Part shown: in pieces, positions 12,262-23,130 of the stretch
Layout: the number at the start of each line of letters is the position of its first letter
Numbering within the stretch: the first letter of the stretch is position 1
Origin: Hemiscyllium ocellatum
Lineage: Eukaryota
NCBI RefSeq assembly: GCF_020745735.1
Contig: NC_083440.1
Span: 15,760,780 to 15,824,779 of the forward strand
DNA: 64,000 nucleotides
Reading direction: 5' to 3'
Translations under genes and position numbers: made by a program
The notes under the pieces: model-generated
Databases searched by the model: none
Seen by the model: only the letters and a program-made list of their open reading frames with translations
Told to the model about the DNA's origin: nothing

Positions 12262-13478
12262 TCATTTATATCAATGATTTGGATGTGAACATAGGAGGTA
12301 TATTTAGTTTGCAAATGACACCAGTGGACAGTGAAGATTACCTTAGGGAAAAAAGGAGTTTGGTAAAATGGGCCAATGGCCGTGGAGTCGTAGATGGAGT
12401 TTAATTTATATAAGTTAAGGTGCTGCAATTTGGAAAGGCAAATCAGAGCAGGACGTGTCCATTTAATTGTAACTGGAACGTTTTGCTGAACAAAGAGAAG
12501 TGAAGGTTAATAGTTCCTTGAAAATTGCATCATTGCATCTCAGGTAGAAAAGATAGCAAAGAAGAGGTTTGATATGCTCCCCTTTATTGGTCAGACCATT
12601 GTGTGCAGGACATTAGTGAGGCGTCTTTTGCATTAGAGGTTTATAAAATGGAGAAGTCATGGAAAAGATGAAGAGGCAAAGCATCCTCTCTGGGTGGGGG
12701 AGTGCAGAACTGGAGTGCATATTTTTGGTGATAGGGACACATATAAAAGAGATCTAAGGGGCAGACTTTTTACTCAAAGGGTGGTGCGTGTATGGAATGA
12801 GCTGCCAGTGGAAATTGTGGAGGTTAATACGGTTGCAATATTTAAAAGCCATCTGGATGGGAATAAGAACAGGAAGGGTATGTGCTCAGTGCTGACAGGT
12901 GGGGTGAGATACGGTTGGAATATCTGGTCAACATGGACAAGTCTGCTTCTCTATTTGTGGTCTCACTCCTAGAAGGAGGATGTTGTGCAACTTCGTAGGG
13001 TTGCAGAAAAGAAAGGAAGTTGACAGGATTGGAGAGTTGGGGCGAAAGGGACAGGATGAACTGGCTGGGATTGTTTTCCCTGGACAGTTAGATGATGAGG
13101 GGTGATCTTATGGAGTTTTATTAAAACATGAGGGATATGGACCGAATAAATAGACAAGATCTTTTCCCTGGGGTGGGAGAGTCCATAATAAGAGGGCATA
13201 GGTGTTAAGATAAGATGGGAAATTTTTATAAGGCACGTAAGGGTTATAAATTTCATGCAGAGAATGGCTCGTGAATGTATTGAACTGTCAGAGGGAATGT
13301 TGGATGCTGGGTCTTTACAATATTTTTTAAAAATAGTTGACGTGTTACTTGAATAGAATGGGTTGAGAGGGAAATGGGGGCCTCTGGGACAAGCTTAACT
13401 TAGAATATCTGGTCGATATGGATGATTGGGGCTAATGGGTCTCTTTCCATGCTGAATATCTCTATTACTCCAACTATG
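12262..13478 (+). mobile_element. Decayed CR1 3' fragments (two tandem pieces)
   Basis: ATTTATATCAATGATTTGGATGTGAAC start and the remnant DLRGRLFTQRVVRVWNELP. A second 3' piece starts at about 12969. Confidence 0.8.
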
Positions 13479-14353
13479 TCCGGTGTGTGAAGAGCAATCT
13501 AACAAATTTTCCATCAACATATGAATATTAACATTTTAAATTTCAGTTCCCTGTTAGAAATGAATCCCTGTGCATTGTTTGCAATGATAGGGTCTTGTGC
13601 GAGGAGAATCCTAAGATGATGTTTGAGTTCAGTGACTGATGTTCAGATGAAAATGTTCCAATGAAGAGTTCCTTCATTAACTCTGTTTCTCTCCTCACAG
13701 GTGCTGCCGAACCTGTTGGTTTTGCTACTTACATCTGATTATGTTTCATGTTTTTGCTACTTACATCTGATAATGTTTCATGTTTTTAGCATTTGGTTTC
13801 CTCTCATTATTTCATTAAAATACTTCCCTTCCAAACCTGCCTCACAGAGGAATTCAAAGAATCAGCGAATCAGACCGTAGAGAAGAGGCTCTTCTGTCCA
13901 TCCAGTTTATGCTGTTAAAGCGACACAAACTCTAAACTCATTCCAGCTTCCAGCACTTTACTCGTAGTCCAGAATACGGTGCCACTTCCAGTTTTCATTC
14001 GGCAGTTTTTAACGTTTATGAGCTTTCCTGCTTCCACCATACTCCCAGGCACTGAATTACTAGGCCCCACCACTCTCTGGGTGAAAACCGCTTGCTCGGA
14101 TCACCTCCAAAACCTTTCCCTATCATCCTAAAAATGACTTCCTCCTGTCATCTCTTGATTGCCTGCCACATGTAGTCAAACCCAGGATTGAGGAGCTTCG
14201 AAATGGGACATCCCATTGGAGCTGACATGTTCAAACTTGACATCTGAACCCTCCAAACGGCCCCATTTAAGATCTTGCATTGCTCTCTAGACTGATGTGG
14301 AAAATGTTTGAAAATTAATTTTCGATTTGCATTTCACCTCCTGTCTCTTTCAG

Positions 14354-15226
14354 CGAATTTTTTTGCTGGGTTTGATCCTTGCACGTGTTAAGTGTGAACC
14401 TGTCAAATGCACTGCCTGTTGGCTATGACAACATCGGAACTATTGTTCATTGTCATGGAGTTCATACTGTGACAACTCAAATACTTTTACTTCCCTAGGT
14501 GTTTGCTGGACCTCAGCCCTGTGTGCAGTGCTTTGTATGCTCTGCCTCATGCAGCCGCATACTGTTCCATCTGGTTCACTGTTCTTTCCTCCTTTGATCG
14601 TTTTGTGCCATTTGCTGCCCGAGAATGAAGAGAAAATATTGGACAGAGAAAGCCTTGACTGTTACTAAGGCTGCAATCGGCAATCTGTGCTGTTAAACAA
14701 AAAAAATTCTATTTTATTTTAGGTTTAAATCTATAATGATGATTGACAATATTCTGTGGTACGATAGAACAAATTCAAATTATTTTACGTATCCCAGTTG
14801 GCTGGAATGAAGCCAGTCTGATATTATTTCAACACCGTTCATCCAATTCGAGTTAATTCTGTTGATGATCACTCTGATCGTCTGGTGCATTTTAGTGGCC
14901 AATCGAGTCCACAAGAACCTGAGGGGACAGAGAAAGAGAAAGAGTCACAAAGATGCAGGTGTAGAGAACCGGTGGAAGTCGGTGATTTTCCTTTCACCAA
15001 ATCCATCAGCTTCATACTTCTGTTGGTCGTGTAGTGTACAAACGTCTTACATTGCAGCTTGAATGGAACAACTGCTGCCAAGTAAATTCGTTCTCGAAAT
15101 AATTTTGTGTTCGGTGCAGAAATGCTGAAGGATGTCAGCTGCAGCACAAACACATTTTTTTATGCAGTGACTCTGCCCAAGTTCAGAGCGAAGTTCAGGA
15201 ATGCAATGCAGCAAATGGTCAGGTAA
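14354..15226 (+). pseudogene. Full-length but disabled GPCR exon 2 (unit A, cassette 1)
   Basis: Acceptor CTGTCTCTTTCAG ending 14353. Colinear nucleotide similarity to 47682-48556, with remnants such as VANRVHKNLRGQRKRKSHKDAGVENRWKSVIFL and terminal AAGTTCAGAGCGAAGTTCAGGAATG...TAA. Multiple frameshifts and stops. Confidence 0.9.
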
Positions 15227-15327
15227 TATTCACTTAATGACTCAGCAAAACAACTGAAAGTGCTCTGGAGGCAGCCACAGTTTTCCCAGTGCAGAAATTG
15301 CACATGGACGGCGAGGACTCCAGAAGG

Positions 15328-15450
15328 GAGAAAGTGAGGACTGCAGATGGTGGAGATCAGAGTTAAAAAATGTGTTGCTGGAAAAGCTCAACAGGTCAGG
15401 CAGCATCAAACGAGCAGGAGAATCGACGTTTCGGGTCTAAGCCCGACTTC
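15328..15450. mobile_element. Single-arm Penelope-terminal-repeat-derived element
   Basis: GAGAAAGTGAGGACTGCAGATG.TGGAGATCAGAG...GGCAGCATC...TCGACGTTTCGGG, the same family as 11721-12032. Confidence 0.8.
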
Positions 15451-15756
15451 CAAAAATGAGGATACCAGCAGCACAAATACATGGATGTGTGTATAACTCA
15501 CAGCAGTGAATGGGGAGGGTATTATTGAGAGTATGGGTCACCTTTTACCACACTCAGGAACACGCTGCTAACTCTGATTGACTGACGGATTGACACACAC
15601 GGGGAGGAACAGACAATGAGCAGCAGGAGGCCATTCAACCATTCGAGTTTGGTCTGCCGGCCATTCCAGAAGATCACAGCTCATTCTAAAGTGTAATCTA
15701 CATTCCTGTCTGCCCTCGATAGTGTTCAGGATTAACATTAATCTAATGTTTAGAAC

Positions 15757-16597
15757 TGGAGTAGACAGCGAAGAAGGTTACCTCAGAGTACATGGGATCT
15801 TGATCAGATGGACCAATGACTGAGGAAAAGTGGACAGAATTAAAATTAGATAAATGTGAGGTGCTTGCAGCTTGGAATGGCAAATCAGGGCCAGACCTGT
15901 ACACTTAATGGTAAGATCATTACTGAACAAAGAGACCTTGGAGTGCAGTTTCATATTTCCTTAGAAGTGGCATCTCCGTTAGGTAGGACAGTGAAGAAGG
16001 CGTTTGGTATGTCGCCCTTGATTGGTCAGAGTATTGATTAGCGGACTTGTGAGGTCATGTTGTAGCTGTACAAGATATTGGTTAGTCCTCTTTTGGAAAA
16101 AAACGTGTAAATTTCTAGTCTCACTCTGAAAGCAAGGATGGTGTGAAACATGAAATTTTTCAGAAAAGGTTCACAAGGATTTTACCAAGTTTGGAGGGTT
16201 TGAGCTTTAGTGAGAGGCTGAATATTCAATTTTTAATTGGACGTTGGAGCTAGGATTGATATTATAGAGATTGAGAAAATCATGAGGGTCATGGATAAGG
16301 TACATAGACAGGGAATTCTCCCTGGTCTGTGAGAGACCGTAGGTAGAGAGCGTAGGTTGAGGGTTAGAGGGGAAAGCTTTAAAAGCCAAGACTAGTGCAT
16401 GTATGGAATTGAACCGCCACAGGAAATGAAGAAGATGGTACAATTACAACATTTAAAAAGCAACTGGATGGGTAAATGAAGTGGAAAGATTTAGAAGGTA
16501 CTGGGGGGAAATAGTGTCAGATAATGATCGAATATCTAATCGGCATGGACGATTTGGCCCAAAGAGACTGTTTCTGTGCTCTCTATCTCAATGAGTC
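15757..16597 (+). mobile_element. Decayed CR1 3' fragment
   Basis: Remnant TCTLNGK...EQRDLGVQFHISLEVA. Paralogous to 38000-38860. Confidence 0.8.
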
Positions 16598-17624
16598 CAA
16601 CCAAGCTCAGTCTGCTAAGAGCTGTCAAACAAATATTTCATAGTAAATGAGTATGAACACTATGAATCTTTATTTCATTTTGGACATCAAACCCGTTCTT
16701 CATTTGCAGTATTGGGCCTTGTGAGAGGACAACACCGAGATGATGTTTTGAGTTTCTTGACAACTTTACAGAGGAAGCTGCTCTGACAAAGAATGAATGC
16801 ATGGTATTCACTGGTGATACCATTACAATTGAGTTTCGTCAGTTTTTACTGTTTCTGTTTCATAAATCCAGTATCCGAATCCTTTCATTTATTTCGTGAA
16901 AATGTATCACTTCTCAACCTACCTCCCAGAATTAAGTTTTAGAATTGTGGAAGGATTAAATATATGGTAACATAGATTATTTCAGGCTTTAGTGAGAATT
17001 GGTCGGGGAGCTGACATCTCTTTCTGATGAGCAACCACAATAAAGTATCATCCCTTCAAATTTCAAATCCTCAACATTGAGACGTGGCTCTCCCTTCGTC
17101 ATTGTCAACATTAGATGACTCTGACGTTCTTTGCATCCCAGGATCACCTGTATCGACTTCACCGACTACGATCTCATTCCCAATCCAGTTGACAAAAACA
17201 TCACAGATGCCCAACCCACCACACCTTCCATTTCCCTCCTGACGGATTACCCATCTGATGGTTCTGTATCCACATGGGAGGGGATGATTGGCCTTTAGCT
17301 GTTCCTCTTTACAATCTCAACATTAGTTAAAGTGCCTCTTCCACTTCCTTTGCATCGGTCTCAGAAATGGCCTTTTTTATTCAATCACGGGAAGAGGGCA
17401 TCACAGGCTGGTACCAATATTTATTGCCATTTCCTAATTGTGTAGAGGGCAATTCAGTGTAACAATGCTGTAGGTCTGGAATCACGCATCTCTTGAGCAT
17501 TTAAGGATGGAGTTTTCCTGTCTCTAAACAATAGAAATGAACGGACGATCAACATTGGGTTTATGGTCATCATTCACATCTTTAATTTCGGACTTAGACA
17601 GAGTTCAAATTCTACAGTTTGCTC

Positions 17625-17834
17625 TGTCGAACTCTTTTTGAAGCGAGGGAAGTGATTGCTGGGCAACTTGCTGAGATACTTTTATCATCGCTGGTCACAT
17701 GTGAGCTGCCAGAAAGCTGGAGGTTAGCTCAGGTGTTGCCATTATATAAGAAAGATGCTAAGGAAGAGCCAGAGAACTACGGACTAGTGAGCTTTAAGTC
17801 GTTGGTTAACGAGTTGTTTGAGGAAATCCTCAGG
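17625..17834 (+). mobile_element. CR1 ORF2 internal fragment
   Basis: EAREVIAGQLAEI...PESWRLAQVLPLYKK...ENYGLVS matches WEAREEIAEPLALI...PEDWRIANVVPLFKK...NYRPVS in the 26346 ORF. Confidence 0.9.
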
Positions 17835-18176
17835 TACATTTCAGTGGCCAGTCTAGTCCGCAAGAACCTGAGAGTACAGAAGAAGGGAGAGAGTCACAAA
17901 GGCACAGGGATTGGGAGCCAGAGGAATTCAGTGATTTCCCTCTTCGCCACATCCATCAGTTTCATAATTCTGTGGTTAGTGGACCGTGTAAATTTCTTAT
18001 ATTACAATATTAACTGCACAACTGCTGGAAAGTATAGTCGTTCTACAAATCATTTTGTGTTCAGTGTAGAAATGCTGAAGGGTTTCAGCAGCAGCACAAA
18101 CACATTATTTTATGCAGCCACTCTACTCAAGATCAGAGCGAAGTTCAGAAATGCGGTGCACCAACTGGTGACCTAA
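17830..18176 (+). pseudogene. 3' half (end of TM5 to C-terminus) of GPCR exon 2 fused to a CR1 fragment (unit A, cassette 2)
   Basis: The C-terminal part of ORF 17619..18176 (RYISVASLVRKNL...NTLFYAATLLKIRAKFRNAVHQLVT) matches the intact receptor. The 5' part is missing. Confidence 0.9.
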
Positions 18177-18514
18177 ATTCTTCACTTAATGAATCAGCAA
18201 AATAACTGAGAGAGCTCTAGAGGCAGCTGCAGTGATCCCACTGCTGGAATTGCACATGTACAGCCAGGATTCTATCAGCACAATTACATGGATCTGAGTA
18301 CAACACTCAACGGTGGTTGGGGTGGGGGGAAACAGGATGGGTCACTATTCACCACGCTCAGGAACACGCTGCTAGCTTTATTACCAAAAGTGGAAGTCTC
18401 TGGGTCTTGATGACCCCCTCATCTGATTTGATTATTGTTTAATGCACGTTTTTGTTTTCAGTTTTGATCTTGTTTCTTGACTCCACGTCCTGTATACTTC
18501 CATTTCAAGGGCAT

Positions 18515-19595
18515 TGCCTTTTGTCTCTCTGCCTCTTTGTCCATGTTGCTGTCTCTGTCCACCCTTCCTCCCTCTCTCCCTATTTTCGCTATGTCTCTAT
18601 CTCTCCCTATCTCTAAGGTCCTTGCTGTCAGTACCTCTATTTCTGTCTCCCTCTAGCTTTGTGTCTCTGTCTGCCTTTGTCTCTATCTTGTGCTGTATCT
18701 CTCTGTCTGTTCCTTTCCCTCTGTTTCGTTTTCTCAAATTGACTACATCAGGCCCTTTTCCTGACGAAAGGTTTATGCCAGAACAGTCGATTCTCCTGCT
18801 CCTCGGTTCATGCCTGACCTGCTTTTACAATAACACACTGTCGATTCTGATCTCCAGCATCTGCAGTCATCACTTTCTCCACATCAAATAAATAGAGTTT
18901 CAGTTTAACACTTTCTCAAATGAATTGACTGAAATCATTTCCACATCTCTTCATTCACTGCTTTTACCCAATGAGGTGATTCTTGCAAATCGCAAAATTC
19001 ATAAACACAACCAGCAATATCTTGACGCAATATTAATGAAATTTCTGTGAATGAACTTCCCCTTCATCTCATGCACTTTTATTATCTGCCTCTATCTTTC
19101 CTTGACACTGATTGGGAATTTGTGTTTGTGTGTTTCAGTTCTGGTGTGTGAGGGTCAATATTTGCGGGTATGTTTTCTTACCTTTTGTGGTGACGTCACT
19201 CCCTGTCTGTGTCTCGGTTTGTGTGTGTGTGTTAACGTCAGTATGACATAATGGTTCTTTGACTGTATGTGGGAGTGCATTGACGGTTGGTGCATTATTG
19301 AGGAATGAAAGGCGTGGCTATTTCTGTCTGTGCTCTTGTTTAAGCAGTGGGTGTATTGTTCAGACTGTGCTTGGCTGTTTGTCCATGTGTCAATATCTTC
19401 CAATCCCCAGTGGGATTTCTCTGAGTCCCTCTGAGGGTGTGTCTCTGTTTGTTTCTGGGTGTCGTTCTCTCTCTGAACCTCATTGTGGTTATGGTTCAAT
19501 AACTGTTTTTAATGTGCTAGTGTGTATATTTATAAAAGGTGCCTGTCAGTTCTTGCAGGTTTGTGTGCAATGTCTCTTACTCTGTGTTGTGTAAC
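18515..19595. repeat. CT-rich then GT-rich low-complexity block downstream of a GPCR exon-2 cassette
   Basis: Degenerate (CT)n/(GT)n sequence. Specific segments (e.g. TTTAAGCAG..GTGT..TGTTCAGACT) recur at about 40830 and 49940. Confidence 0.75.
18750..18880. mobile_element. Degenerate Penelope-terminal-repeat-derived element
   Basis: CCTGACGAAAGGTTTATGCCAGAACAGTCGATTCTCCTGCTCC...CTCCAGCATCTGCAGTC.TCACTTTCTCC. Confidence 0.7.
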
Positions 19596-20160
19596 TGTTT
19601 CTGTTTCGATCGAATACTTTTTTTTTCATTTGAGCTGTTCCAATTTATATATAAACATATTTAAGCATTAGAACTGCTCATTTGTAAGTATATACGTAGT
19701 TGTGTATGTAAAGTGTTCATCTTCGTATTCAATTCCTGTTTGGTTCTGGAGCTGTTCATGCTTGTATATAAGTATTGTTGTATCTCTGATCTGTTCTCTA
19801 TTATATATAATCAATGCTGTGTGTTGCAACTGCACATGTTTATATTTAAATAATTTTGTGCTTCTGAAGTATTTACCTTTATACGTCAATCTTGAAGCTG
19901 TCATGAAATGGCTCATAGTGTGTATAACAGTTGTGTATTCGAACTGTTCGTGTTCATATTGAAATATTGTATATTGAACTTATTCATGTCGAGATGTAAA
20001 TATTGAAGTGTACTGGAGCTGTTTCAGTTTGTGTATAAAAGTTGTGAATTTGAACTGTTCCAGGTTATGTCCAAAAATATTACTTTGGGACTGTTCCAGT
20101 TTGCACATAAATATTGTTGTATATCGGAGCAGTTGCTGTTATTATGTAAATATTAGTATG
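19595..20160. repeat. Degenerate minisatellite, roughly 39-41 bp unit (GAGCTGTTC...TTGTATATAAATATTGTTGT-like)
   Basis: About 14 diverged tandem units. Short relatives occur at about 53980-54070 and, inverted, at about 6380-6425. Confidence 0.7.
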
Positions 20161-20438
20161 TGTTGAAGTTATGCCTGCCTCATCCAGATCAGCAACACAT
20201 TGCTTGACGTGTGGTTCTATTGCTGAGTCCCTCCAGTGCTTTGGGAACATTTGCAATTCCAGTGTCAGCCAGAGGGACGGTAATACAGAGAAGTGGCGAC
20301 CACGTGTTAGCAGTTGTGATAAATGATTTAACAGGGACTCGAGGTCTCTGCTTATTGTGTGGGGAACACACATTCTAGAAAGGAAAACAAAAATTGAAGA
20401 ACATCACGGGAAGGTAGAGACAGTCATAGAAGGGAGTA

Positions 20439-20606
20439 AAAAGTGAGGTCTGCAGATGCTGGAGATCACAGCTGAAAATGTGTTGCTGGTTAAAGTACAG
20501 CAGGTTAGGCAGCATCCAAGGAACAGGAAATTCGACGTTTCGGGCCAGAGCCTGTTCCTTGGATGCTGCCTAACCTGCTGTGCTTTAACCAGCAACACAT
20601 TTTCAG
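20439..20606. mobile_element. Second fold-back Penelope-derived element with 15-bp TSD
   Basis: Near-perfect inverted arms at about 20471-20527 and 20550-20606. Flanked by CAGTCATAGAAGGGA (20421-20435 and 20604-20618). Confidence 0.85.
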
Positions 20607-20907
20607 TCATAGAAGGGACTAAAGATTGTGACAGCGAGAGAATTCATTGCAGAATGATGGTGACAGGATTAAATAGGCAATAATGATGGAAAGTTTAAAG
20701 TGTGAATAATAGCGAGAGGGTTAAGTAAAGCATGACGGGATGGAATTGAATGCAAACTCACAGCGAAATATTTAAATGGAGTTTTATTGGAACATGATGG
20801 TTTGTAATTGAGTGAGGAAAGTGTTAATTATGGCAAACGGAGAGGACTAAACATAGAGTAACTTGAAGAGAGTTCAAGACAAGGGAATAGAGACGATGGA
20901 ATGGAGA

Positions 20908-21660
20908 GTTTTATGACACAGTGGCGAACCCTTCTGCTAATTGAACCAAACACAGAGGAAAAGGTCACCTCATCTCATAAGCTGTTAATTTATGAGTGAC
21001 AGAGAATGTCCAAAATTCCACTAATTAAAGAAACATATCAATTTTATTATTTACCTCTAAAAGTGAATTCTATGCAGTTATGTACAAGTCTAATCCTCCT
21101 TTTCCCTTAAAAGTCTGTTAATAGCTTTCAACTCTGTGACAATATGTTGATCCAATAGATGCCCCTCTTTAAATTGCATCAACCTAATCTTCGAAGTCAG
21201 ACAGCAGCCGTCAGTGTTTGTCTTCTTTCAGCAGAAGAATTCCATGGATCATCTTCGGTCTTTTGAGACAAAGGTTCTTCATATGCAAAGGTACCTTTTA
21301 AAGAGTGTATTTAGCAACCAGATTATCTGATGATGGCGGATGGTCGATCTCTCTGGCTAACTGTCCAAAATGCCGGCTTGTTTATACCCCAGGCATCGAT
21401 CTTGTCATTGGTTCAATGTTGTCAAAACAGTAAACTTGAAAATTGACTTAGGGTTTGTAATCCTGAGGTATCATGAACACTGACTGGCCAAATTTGAACT
21501 GTTGCGAGCATCGCAGCCAAATGTGACATATTTTCAATTTTCCAGTATACTCTGATAATGCGAATCATTCACTTAACACGTGTCTGACAAATCTCGCTAC
21601 CTCAAAAGCTTTCTCTTTCTCTTCAAGGTATAATGCATGCTTTTAAATCGCATAAAAGGG
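20908..21660 (-). mobile_element. Probable solo LTR; second copy at about 25056-25680
   Basis: Two diverged direct copies. On the minus strand they carry CCAAT-like boxes followed by GGTATAAA. The second copy begins TGTTAGGACA (minus-strand end ...TAACA). This copy interrupts the purine-rich repeat. Confidence 0.5.
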
Positions 21661-23130
21661 TAATATGCGAAAATTGAAAGCAGGACAACTGGGAGAGAGC
21701 TGAAGACAGAAAAGGGAAAGGATTTAATACAAAGTTATAGAGGAGAAGGACATAGAGAGTCAGAGAAAGTGTGTTAATTGCAGGGGCACAGGGAGAGAAC
21801 AAATACAGTGGAAGTTGTAGGAATTGTAGTGAGGTAGATCTCATTGAATATGAGTTCCTTGATTAGGACTGTTAACCTAGCCCAAGGAGGAGTCCTGGCT
21901 GAGATATATACAGAGGAATGTCAGAGTTTCAGCACACTCCAGGAACCAGCTTGGTCAAGGTGGCGTACTGTGCACGTGTAACTGCAAGGTGAGTTCGCTT
22001 ACATGGAAGTGGAGAGAGTTTAACAAAGTAAAAGGGAGAGGAGAAAATAGAGAATAATAGGGAGGGTTTTGAATATCGTGGAGCAGAGTGACAACTAAGT
22101 GCAGCCTAAAGGGAAGGGAGTTAATACAGTCTAGCAGAAAAATAATATGAAAAGAAAAATGAGGCGAGGTTTGAATACAGGAGAGCAGGGCGAGCAATCT
22201 GTAAAGGGGAATAGGATAATTGAGGGTATTAAATAGAAAGTAATAATGAGAGGACTAATTAGAGAACAATGGGGAGAAAGCTGAATACAGAAATGGTTAA
22301 ATATTGTAATGGGTAGGGTTTAAATGGAGCAGGTTTAGTGGAGTGTAGTCGTGTAAAATAACATGGGCATTATTAAATAGATATTAACAGGAAGAGGATG
22401 GAAAACAGGATGAGAGCGTGGTGGTTTAATACAGGGAACACAGAGGATCAAAAGCGGATAATGACAGGATTATTAAAGAGGAATAGGATAGGACACAGGG
22501 TGGCTCAGTGTTTTCCAGTGCTGCCTCATAGCGCCCAGAAGCCAGATGCGAACCCAGACTCGGACGACTGCATATGTGCACATTCTCTCTGTGTCTGAGT
22601 GGGTTCCCTCCAGATGTTCCAGTTTCCGCCCATAAGCCAAAGATGTGCAGCTTGGATGAATAGGTCATGCTAATTTGCCCATTGTTTACAGGGATGTGTT
22701 GGTTAGGTACATTAATCAGTGTAAATGTACTGTAAAAGGGCGGTGAAATGATATTGGGTGTGATGCCTTTCAGAGGGTTGGTGAGAATTCGTTGGGCTGA
22801 AGGGCCTGTTCTCACAGTGTAAGCATTCTATTATTTACTAATTACAGAGTAATAGGAAGAGGGTTAAAGATTGGGCAATGATCAGAGAGGAATGATTTAT
22901 GACAATGGCTTAAATACAGGCTAACTGGGAGAGGCTTAAATACAGAGAGAAAGAAGCTGAAAGACACAACAATGTGGAGAGACTTAACGAGTGTGGTTAC
23001 ATACAAGTTATCAAAGTACGATAAGCAGGGAAAGGTTTGCATACAGGGAAACATAAATACTTAAATTCAGGGAAATGGAGTGGAACAAATAGAAGACGTT
23101 AGAAATGATTAAATACAGGATAGTGGAGAC
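21660..23130. repeat. Degenerate purine-rich tandem repeat (GGAGAG..TTAAATACAG-like)
   Basis: Many TTAAATACAG / GAATACAG cores separated by GA-rich blocks. It is the reverse complement of the 2700-3330 type. Confidence 0.6.
22491..22830 (+). mobile_element. Old HE1-type V-SINE
   Basis: GGTGGCTCAGTG...TGCTGCCTCATAGCGCC...CCAAAGATGTGCAG...TTGGGCTGAAGGGCCTGTT; a diverged relative of 6744-7054. Confidence 0.85.

Noticed and set aside
17611-17618. TCTACAG acceptor splicing exon 1 (7177) to the CR1-GPCR chimera
   Set aside because: The polypyrimidine tract is weak, and a phase-1 join would be out of frame with the chimeric ORF, reaching TGA within about 13 codons.
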